This document shows positions 40,453 to 51,600 of a stretch of 64,000 nt of DNA, piece after piece. The notes under the pieces were generated by a model that was given only the letters and a program-made list of their open reading frames with translations, ran no database searches and was not told where the DNA came from. Made by a program: the position numbers and the translations under genes. The DNA is from Trichoplax sp. H2. Its lineage: Eukaryota. The stretch covers positions 1,178,001 to 1,242,000 of the forward strand of contig NOWV01000001.1 in NCBI GenBank assembly GCA_003344405.1, in the 5' to 3' direction. Within the stretch, counting starts at the first letter, position 1; the number at the start of each line of letters is the position of its first letter.

Positions 40453-42153
40453 ATGGATAGCGATAAGCGTGCCGATGACGACTTACGTAAATATACTTGC
40501 TTACACGATCTAGAATATAACACCTCGGCGAATCATCAAGATAGTAATCTATCAGGCACTACATCTGACAAACAAATGTTAGATTTATATCTTCCAAAAG
40601 CCGCTGACCCATCAACAGTACCTATCGTCGTTTTTGTACATGGCGGTGGATGGAGACGAGGCGATAGAAAAGCATTTCGTTACTACTTTTCCAAATATGA
40701 TGTCAATTTATTAGCAGCAATGCTAATGGTGAGATGGGGCATTTATGAGAATGTGGGTAAAGCTTTCGCTCGTTCTGGCATAGCTTGCGCTGTTGTCTCT
40801 TACCGATTAAGTCGTTTGAAATTTCCCTATCTCATACTAGAATTACTAAGTTCTTTTCTAATGACTATGGCTATTATTTGCTGGCCAATTTTAGCCTATT
40901 CTTGGGTCATCGTACGCTACGTATTCGCTGCCACTCATTTTGCTATAACTCTAAACGATTGTCTAATGCTTTTATGGTCGACAACACCCTTGTTATTTGT
41001 AATTTTCTGTTTAAGCATGACAATTTATCCACCACCTAAGCGTACTATACTATTACTACCACTCTCGTTACTACTACTGTTAATTATAAATTATCTATCT
41101 CCATTCAAACCATATTTCCACTATTATATATTATACATAACCACGACAATAGCGATGTTGTCTTTATTGCAAACATTTCTAATGGATGATAAAGTTAATC
41201 ATCGTGACAGCAATATTGATGAAATCCGCCATCCTACGCATGTTAATGATGTCGCTTTAAGCGTCAAGTGGTTAACAGAATATGGTAAAAAGACGAAACT
41301 CTATAACCCTCAATCGTTATATCTATGCGGGCATTCTGCTGGTGGTCATATTATATCCTTACTATCCTTAGATCAATCTTACTTGAATAACGTAGGGGTC
41401 CAATCATCGAACGTGAAGGTAACTTAAAACTACACTTTAGTATCATGGAAATTGCTGCAAATTGCAACCTTAGATTGTTCACTAGTTTTAATGAACTTTC
41501 TATTACAAGCTTTAACTCTAGCTTTAATATTTTTAAAGATAAAATAACAGTAAAATCATCTATAAAGGTAATTTGATGAATTATAACTGTAGATTTAAGC
41601 TCTAGATTTAATAATCTCCACACTAAATACTCGTAGATTGGTACATTTCATACCTTAATTCGTAGCTATGCGTACAGTATTATAACTTAACAAAGTATTG
41701 ATAATGCAGTATGTAATTGCCGTTTAACCTGTCTTCATTTTTTTAATTATGATGTAGGCGGCAATAAGCATTTCTGGGGTATACGATCTTGGCTGGTTAT
41801 CGCGCTCCGTTCTTAAACAGTTTTATTTAAATCCAGCTTTTGGTAATGATCCAGCCACCTGGGTTAAAGCTTCACCTTATAATCATATTACTCGAGCTAA
41901 GAGTGAAATCACTCCACCTTTTCTAATAATTAACCCAAAACACGATTTTTTTCCTCTCCTCAATGATGCAAATCGATTTATGGCTAGCTTAAGAAAGAAT
42001 AACTTTAGGTGTAAACATTTTATCACTCCAAATAGAAATCATCTAACAATAATGAAAGAATTTGGATTGAAAGAACGGCCTTGCTGTGGTAATGTCGAAG
42101 AAATGTGTATTTTATTTATTTATCAATGTGAAGCAAACGCCATCGGTAACTAA
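40453..42153 (+). CDS. HSL-like alpha/beta hydrolase (kynurenine formamidase / isoprenylcysteine methylesterase-like) with an internal transmembrane insert; 2 exons
   Basis: LDLYLP, VVFVHGGGWRRGD, SYRLS, HVNDVA, LCGHSAGGH. Intron 41419-41757. Exon 2 encodes AAISISGVYDL...ASP...HDFF...NHLTI. The start could alternatively be the ATG at 40378. Confidence 0.85.
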
Positions 42154-42238
42154 TCAACTGTCCAATTGTATCTTTTAATTAACATTTGTTCTATTACTGC
42201 CTTGTTAAATATATTTCAGTAAGTAGTGAAATTGGTAG

Positions 42239-42960
42239 TCCATATACTCACGATAGCTATCAAAATCAATAACAGTAGACAGTATACAACAGTATATGTA
42301 TTAGTGCAGTAATGAAATGAGTGAATATTTCCACTAATATATTTTATATACTGATACTGCTTTAAGTCCTGTCCTGACGGTGATGAATGCTACGGATTAC
42401 AACATATCTATGTATTATAACTATCAACTCTATACTTAATCACATTTATACCGACAGCAATTTTGAATTTGAAATATTTAAACTGGAGAAACTTTCGCTC
42501 CACACAGTTTGTATTAAAATTTCATGTCAAGTTCACAATTTTATTTTTGAAATACACAGGCTTATTACGTGATTTACAAAAGATATTATTCTAATAAAAT
42601 TATTAAAAATGACTATCAAATTTTGTAGATGTACTAGCTATCAATCTCTGTTCACAATGAACAGTTAGTCCCACTCGTAGTTGTCTTTAACGAGCGTACT
42701 GTCCTTTCTGAAACTAGTGCTTTATGTATTATTTGGCCACTTTTTCTGTAAGTTTAGTGTACTGTACAGTATAGTAGCATATGCATTCATATAAAGCAAG
42801 ATGAGATCATTGAGCTACTAAGCATGCGAACCAACAGCGATTTAAATAATTAGAGTGTGTATGAAGCAATTACTCCATCAGTACAGTAGATTTTTAACTA
42901 TTAATCTTAGCATCAAATATCATGAATTAACTATAATTAATAATATAATCAGTAATCAGA
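42239..42960 (-). pseudogene. Internally deleted tandem duplicate of the ORC1 locus (intron 1/exon 2 fragment joined to a 3' flank copy)
   Basis: 42680-42955 aligns by eye with 46555-46790, and 42239-42645 aligns with 43057-43443. Confidence 0.75.
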
Positions 42961-43448
42961 AATAAAAAATTAGTCTAGAATAACCTTGGCATTTTTACAA
43001 ATTAAGTGTATTGGTAATAAAATACTATTTAATGAATTCTTCACATAATATACATTCCATATACTCACGATGGCTATTGAAATCAATGATAGACAGTATA
43101 CAAACAATACATACATTTAATACAGTCTTTTAAAAACGAAATGATTTGCACTAAGTATTTTTCATACTGATACTATTTTAAGTCCAGTACCGACATAACG
43201 AATGTTACCTATTACAACATATACCTATGAATCACAAACCATGAATTTTATTTACATGAAAGTCGCCATCAATTTTAACTTAAAATATTTTAACAGCCGA
43301 AAATTTTGCTCTATACGGTTTGCATTAAAATTTCATATAGGATTCACGTTTTATTGATGAAATACACAGGGTTATCACGTAATTTACAAAAGATATTCTA
43401 ATAAAATAACTATCGAACTCATAAATGTATACGAATTATCAATGTTAA

Positions 43449-46400
43449 TTAAGATTGCATAGCACTCTGAACGGCATAACTTACATCGTCCTGACTGACG
43501 TTTAATCTAATCTTCGCCAGCTGGGCACAACCGGGTTCTACTAGTAGCAACTTGCAGGAACCCAATCTTTGGCATAACTTAAGTACCTCCGATGGGCTGC
43601 ATACCATAATTCCTAGTAAGAAATATTTAGTTAAAAATTAATAGATAATAAAGCATGCAGTAGCAACTTAACTTTAATATTTATAGTTAAAATAATAACC
43701 TTCCGTTCGGCAAATAGATACATACTGTTCATAAACCTATGCAGAGAAAATAACGTAAGCTGCACATTTATCAAAATTAATATAATGATTTCAAGGAATT
43801 TACAAACCTCTTTAAAAACTGTCTCTTCAACTCCGCTCAATCGAAAAGATACAATAACGGCGCGAAGAAATAACTGTTCATGTACGGAAGCGTTTCTGCA
43901 AAGGATTGCAATGACATTTTTCATAAAATCGATATCATGGATTACCGATCAACTCTGTACGAGCAAATACCTTATAGCGGCTATCTTCGGAGATGAAAAC
44001 ATCTCAGAAATAGCTGTTGCTACATGTTTCATTTCTACCTTTGCGTCGCTACTGTTATCTAAATCTTGCCCTTTGTCTAACTGCTGATTAACAATCTCGA
44101 CAGCTCTGCGACAGATATCTAACGTACGCCTAACATCTCCAGATACTGCAGCAACCTGGTATAATTTATGAATATAAAAAATATCGTAATGGCAATTAGA
44201 CAATGTAAATTGGATTTAAAGGAAGCAATAACACAAATTCAAATATCATCATTATGGAATACTGTATATCATGTAATAACTTTTTAAACTATTTACCTTT
44301 CTAGCCACGAACTGAATCGCATCTGGGCTAAATATTTCCTCCAAATTAGCTAGACGTGCTCGTATAATACGTTCTAACTGATTAAAACTGTACGGCTGAA
44401 AAGTTAATCGAGTCAACCCCTATCAATAAAAATTATAGACATCCTATTTAACTGTTTATATAATTAATCGAATACTCAATTAAAGAATAGCAGTGATCAT
44501 TTCCACCTTACCAATCTACTAGAAACCCTATTGATCATTGTTCGCTCCGGTAGATCCATGGTATTAGCAACAGCCAGTACAATTAAACGGGAGTAGCGAG
44601 CATTTGGCCAATCGAATAAGTTGTACATTACATGTTGTTTACGAGTCCATAGTAGGTCCAACTGAAAACGATATGAAAGACTACTATTAGTTGCGTAATT
44701 AATTTTTAATCAATTACACAAGAATTAAAGCATTAGCCTATGCTAAAGAGCCAGCTGTTTAATTCAAACCTCATCAACAAGTACAATAGTCGCATATTTT
44801 TGGTTAGAGTTAAAATATGTATTTAGAATGCTGGCGCTTCTTTCAGCTGCAGCCTTTTCTCCTGTTAATTGCTGAAATGAACCAATTTTTTACATTTTTC
44901 TTAACTTATTAAGTAAATTTGAGAATTTCTTTACGCAGATATGACAGTATTAAACACAATCATTGTATTACGACAGCAGATCCTTACCTTTAAAATTTCA
45001 ACATAGGCTTGACTTGGTTCTGTAAGTCTCATTCCGTTAATTTCGATAAATTTAAACTTTGGTATCTGCTTCGCTTGCACAGCTTGCCTTAGTTCTTGAA
45101 CTACTGAGTAAATTGTTGCAGTTTTCCCAGTTCCGGGTACTCCAGATATATACATACACCTAACGATTATATAATTATTTCTTAATTGCCATCGATACGT
45201 ATACATCATCCTATTTCCCATCAAATATATGATAGAAATGAATTCATAGTAGTCTAATTAATGATAATCGTAAGGACAATAAAAATTTATGACCAACATG
45301 ACAGTAACTTTAGTTCCACATTACTTATTAATATGAATAGGTAAGTTTACAATCTAATTGTGATACTATAATAACATAGGCATTGCATATTGATATCTAT
45401 GTTGCATCATTAACTTTGTAGCAGTTATATATATAGGAAATACATAAAATTAAAAAATATACGTACATACCCTCCACACTTATCCAATAATTTACTAGAA
45501 ATAAAATCGTAAATGTTAGCGTATTCTTCCTCACGACACGGTAGCGGTCCGACGACTTCGCTTATTTTTAAGCTATAACATAATATTTTTGTTAATAATT
45601 ATAATTCTATTTATTATTTGACTACGTATTTTACATTCTAGGAGATAGTAATACTGTGTATGTGTATAGACTGGCATTGCAATCATGAACCATAAATACT
45701 TATGGTCTGCTTGTATAGTAATCCTTAGCCAACATTATGTTCTTACTAATTCTGCATTATTTGTTATAAATTTTTAATTGGATTAGAGATATTTAGCCAG
45801 TCAATCCAATTTATGATTCGCTTATTAAATGCATGAAAAAAGGGGGTAGATATCTACCGTAGAGATAGGATTAGTATGAGTTTATAGAAAGCGAGTGTAT
45901 TGTTGTACTTAATTTTCCGTGGTATATGAACCAGCGCAGATTACAGTACTGAATTCGGTATAAGAACGTCTATCAGTGGATTGCGTATATAGCCAGAACA
46001 GCAGCTACTTTACTTTATATATATTTTACAGTTTTTTTCTAACGTTATCTAGTACACCACAGACTACAGCTACACCTGATGACGGTTTGAAGCCTTTCAT
46101 GATTTCGATATCGGAAGCAGATTGTTACTATTTACCGTATATAAATTCCATCGTCTTTATATCGATCAGTAAGTACGTACAAGTTTTTCACTTTCAATAA
46201 TATAAGTTATTGCGTTCGGCAGGTACCATGAACTTTTGGACTCAATAACTCGTGTCTCGTAAAATACACGTCACTGTGACTAAATGCCCATAGCCACGTG
46301 TGAGTACTAATCTCTAATCATCATATTGGATCTATTACTGTGATCATCTAGTCTTACATTTTATGCAAGTACGTGTGCTATTGAATATGATAAAGTCACG

Positions 46401-47103
46401 GTCTACCAAGGAATCATAAAAAGTTTTGAGTAAACATTATTAAACTTACCAGAGTCTATTTCTAGTAGATGATTTGCTATTCTTTATTATTGTAGCTGGT
46501 CTGTCATTAGCCGCCGTATCAGCGGTCTTCAAGGTATTGATAGTCTCACTGGTAGGCGTCTTCAACGAGCGTATTGTTCTCTTGGAAACTAGTAGTTTAT
46601 GTGGTAATTGGGCACTTTTGCTGTAAGTTTAACACATATATGCGTGTAAAACAAGAGTAAGATCATTCTGTTACTAAGCATATGAATCAGCAATGACTTT
46701 GCGTATATATGATGCAACTATTCCCTTAATATTCGATTTCTGACTATTTCTCTTAGCATTAAATACCATGCATTAATTATAATTCAGAATCATGGTTATA
46801 AATAAATTTAAATTTATTGATGGTATTGTATAATCAACTTTTATACCGATATGTTATCAGATTATCTGAGTGTGCTTGGCAATATCTTAAAACAGAGATA
46901 ATTTCACCCTACGTAGACGGTATAAAGTATCTGGCGGCGTTTCTATTTCTACATTAGCTTATACGCGAAAGTAATCTGCATCCATTCGCAAACCTCGGTC
47001 TGGTGAGGGAATTTTTAGCTTTCGTTTTCATTGGGCTCATTAACGCAGAAGTTTTACAACTTCGTGTTATCCGACGTTTGATTGCACCTTTACCGATAGG
47101 CAT
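43449..47103 (-). CDS. ORC1: Origin recognition complex subunit 1, multi-exon
   Basis: [23 protein letters not shown] (Walker A); [62 protein letters not shown]-terminal [13 protein letters not shown]. The 5' exons (47103-~46997 and ~46601-46449) are less certain. Confidence 0.9.
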
Positions 47104-47497
47104 GATGTTGCTCTTTCTTTCCTCTCTAGTTTAACTCAATTTCTAAAAAGAAAGTGAGAGTTCAAGCTTATCATTACCAAGGAACATTACATGTAAAACA
47201 TGGCTGCATGTGTATTTTGACTAGAGTTTTTACATTTAAGATCGAATATACAGTAAGTCAATACCAGAGAAATGATGGATTGGATAGTTTGCACCGTTCA
47301 ATGACTTCAATAGACTCCAAGTACTTCAAAGCCTTTCGAAATTCTGATATTACCGAACTGCGTGGACCTTGCGTCTACTTGAGAATGATAGCCCCATCGC
47401 GATGGTTTATTGACGCATTTTATTGACAAGGTTGAGCAGAAGCTGGAGCTGGAGATTTACAGCTTGCAGGATTGCCTGGATACTGGATGCCGTCAGC

Positions 47498-48500
47498 CTA
47501 CAGTGTACAGTACTTTCGAATACAGTACTGTACAGTTGTACTGTACTTTACACTGTACGCTTGTGATCAGATGTGATAATAACTTACTGTACTGTATATT
47601 ATATCAGAATGCAGACAAGTTATGCAGCACTATTTTGGATAAAAATCCATTTAAAAGATGGATGTAGACACAAGAATACACCAAGAATTTTCGATATTGA
47701 ATGCTATGTATTGCTCCATGAGTGTTGTCATTTTGGAAAGCACTGATTGTCAGTGCCATGTAGTCTACAGAACATGATTACCATACAGTTTTACTTCGAA
47801 ATCGGGCCCCCCCCCATGACAAAGCTCACGGAACAGTAGATAGGGCTCAATCTTGTCATGAATTTCGATGAATGAATTTTGATCCCCAAATGATCAATCT
47901 TAATGCCTGCACAATCTTAAATCACAAATACTGAAGGTGAGAACTTGTACTTGCTCAAATACTGTAAATGAGTACGCTTTTCATCAACTAGTTAATTTAA
48001 TTACCGGAAACCATCAATGGCCGGGGCCGGGCAGCAGCCACCACTTCCGCTCGGTTACAGTACAGTACAGTACTGTAGAGTACAGTGTACAGTACAGATG
48101 AGTACTGGCAAGTACAGTACAGTACTGTAGAGTACAGTACAGTGTACAGTACAGTACTGTACAGATGAGTACTAGCAAGTACTGTACTGTACACTGTACA
48201 GTATACTGTAGTACCGTGTTCTCTCCAGACCCGTAATCCGGTAAAGAAAAACGCGCCAAAGGTTCAAATACTGTCCTAGAGGGATTTGGGAGGTTTTTCC
48301 TTTGCCTGTAAGGCTTGTAGTAAGTGTTTGAGTGCATGGTACAGCACGCTAGCAGTTCACTACACATTACCGTGTAACGACGTGACACCCGTAGTCGACT
48401 GACATCAACAGTGGTGTGTAGCAAAATAAGACTGTCAACCTGTAGTCTAGTGACTTTAAAGGTTTGAAGCACCTTGGGAAAAGGCCAATCCAAAGGGTCA
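47498..48500. promoter_or_regulatory. ORC1/SASS6 bidirectional promoter with TACAG arrays and ETS-, E2F-, CHR- and CCAAT-like motifs
   Basis: Arrays at 47498-47600 and 48055-48212; ACTTCCG at 48043; CGCGCCAAA at 48252-48260; TTCAAA at 48263; TTTGAA at 48463; GGCCAATC at 48483. Confidence 0.7.
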
Positions 48501-48646
48501 AAGCTAGTCCAATTTCATTGAAGCTTGAATCCTTGAAAATTGGCTAAGTTGCGACCATTTTTCCTTGTGGATTTTGTTGCATTTTCTCTCTCTTTTACAC
48601 GAATGTTCTTCAAGAATTCTATACCAGTCCATACGGTGATGCCATT

Positions 48647-51600
48647 ATGTCCACTCTCTACCAAAACACGATCCTTGTGACTGTTAAACAAGCGAATGGA
48701 GAAGATAGGTTAGTTCGTTTTCAATGGCCTATGAAGCCATTTCTTAGGACGCAGTGAATAAAAATCTATCCGTTGTTTGGCGTTCTATTTTACCACGTCT
48801 TGGTACAATGATATTTCTATTACACTACACTAATATGAACGCCATGATCAATGGCCACCACAGTATTTCTCACTGACGAATCCTTGGCATGATTTTGAGA
48901 AAATAGCTTTCTCCATGGTCAATGACCCATTGAAATATCAAGTCAACTTTGGAGGAAAACAGTCAATATAGTAACATCCATAGAGTAAACATTGGAGTTT
49001 GTGTCCTCCTTCGTCTACCAAACACTATCAGTGGCTTCGCTTATCTACTCTACCTTTCCAGTTTACCATTTTTATTCTCGCTTTTAACGGACTGTTTACA
49101 AGCAAAGCTTTCCAAAGAGATCACCAATTATTAATATTACCAGTATACAGAAGTGAAATTATGACGTCAATATGATGTTAAGACAATCTTGAAATGAAGG
49201 AAATAACTGTTCACTTTAACTAATATAGTATACGTATCTTTTTATATCGAAGCAAGCTCCTACATATAGACTTTAACCTACTTTCTTATCGACTCTACTA
49301 TAAATGTTGCTATGATAGTCTCAAGTAAAGTTTCAATGTTATTGTCCAGGATTGAGCTAGTTATGTCACTACGTTAAGCTCTGAAGAGTCTGTTGTTCCT
49401 ATTTATCCATGATTAAGCTTGCAAGATCTTCGTTAGATCATATAACAATATTTACCAAACTTAAGATATCTACTGACAGCTGACAAGATATGAGAGAGAA
49501 TACGTATACCGTTCGCTTTACATTCGTCTATTACGGTGATCCTCAGCTGCTTATACGCAAAGTGTACTCGGGCTCGTGGTAGAAATAGCATATTCGTCTT
49601 GTTATAATGATAGTATAATTAGCAGCCAGTTTTCTAGAACTTTTAAATTTGCACTTAATTGGCTATAAAAAATTTATAATAAATGGTGAAACGTATTTGC
49701 TGCTGTAAAGCCTTAAATGAAATACTATAGATACCTGTATTCTATGAATACTATTTTCACATTAATCTATGATGCTGCTCTGCTTATAGGCAAGTCAAAC
49801 TTTCATTTTCTATCGATTGGAAGTACTCTGGCTCTGGCCGTAATCAGGTATTTAACAAATGTTACCTACAAATTATTAATGGATAATTCTGAAGAATTCT
49901 GAATTAACGTAAAATCAGTATCGCCATAATCTGTAACATCTATTAAGGAATGATTGTATTTGATAATGTTAGTATACGGTATATGAAATTTTGTTATCTA
50001 AATAACGATAGGTGAAGATTATTTTGTAACTAATTTACAAATTATGCGTACATGTATGAACATTTGACGTTAAATTTTATCATTGATCTTATCGTTTTAT
50101 TCAATAATCAACCAGCAGTTAGCTATTCGAATTACTGATGAAGCGGATCCATTTTTTATACTAAACCTAACATTAGGCGAAGAAGAATATCGCAGGTTTC
50201 TCATTATCATATTTCTTATTACCAGTAAATAGTCCAGCATATTTTGCTTATTTCTTACTGAACAAAACACGCTGGTATGATCGTTTATAGTACCTGCTAG
50301 GATAGTTACCTGTAACTGTAATACTATGCTTGATATCAATAATGACTTTTTTATCGCTTTCTCTCTCTGTTGAACTAGCCTTAAAACCCAACAAAAATTG
50401 TTAGTTGATTTCATAACATTTCCAAAGAGTATTACTGACCTGTTGGAATTATGTCATAAAGCAGAGACCGAATCTATCCCAAAGTGAGTCATCAATCTTC
50501 GTCCAGTTATTGAAGAAATTTTCTTAGTACATATGATAATGTTTGAAAATTCTACTCGATCTTTGACAGTAAATCGCTTGTAATATCTAGGTATCTCTTA
50601 GTATTGTATACACACAACGGTGTCGATCAAGCTTATCCGACATTGGACGTTATCGAAACAAGCCAGTTTCGACATCTTGTTCATCTATCTCTGACGTTTG
50701 TACCTGGAAATGACAGCGAAGTCAAGAAACATTTAGCGCAATCTCTGAAACATTTTAAGGTATTGTAAAATTTTAACACATAGAATAGATATTGTATCAG
50801 CTAATTTATCATCGTAATCATTTAATCTGTTTTTGATCACGTATTCCATTGTTAAATACGAGTATTTGTATATGATATTAACTTCAGTTTCGTTCCTCAA
50901 TTTATGACATTGCATTAATTGACGGATTCCCTGTGACATTATCTTCTTGATATCTATATACTTTAGACTGAGTGTGGTGTGCTTAAAAGTAATTTAAAGG
51001 AAATGGAAAAGAATTACCGCTATCAGTTAGAAGATGCCAAAGAGGTAACAAATATAGCGAAAAACTTTCGTCTCATAGCATTATATCGTAATAATTTCTT
51101 AGTATGATACTATAAATTTGTTGATACTAAACATACACTTATCTTTGGAATGATGTCGTAGAATTTATCTATTCGTAATAAAGAACTTGAAACACTCAAG
51201 TCGGAATGGAACTCTAGATTGAACTACTTAACATCGACACATAATAACGAACTAGCTACGGAAAAGGAGAAATCTGCCATTGTAATTTATGTCATAATTA
51301 TAAACAAAATTATTGCTTCAATTTCATTACCATTAACGAGATTATAATAGAATTATTGAATGAAATTTTAAATTGGACTCTATTGTAGGCTATGCAGAAT
51401 AATCAACAACGTTACGACACGGAACGTAAAGAAATAGAAGCTTCTCATCAGCGTATGACTCGACAATATGAATCTAAGATATCAGACTTAGAAAATCATA
51501 ATAAAGTACGCTGTGATAAGTTATTTAAGTTAACAAGATGATCAGAAAATCAAAATGGCCTTATACAGTAATAATTATAATTATTTGTGTTTTTTAATCA

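Noticed and set aside
43449-47103. CDC6 as an alternative identity for the short AAA+ gene
   Set aside because: [22 protein letters not shown] and [16 protein letters not shown] are ORC1-type motifs.
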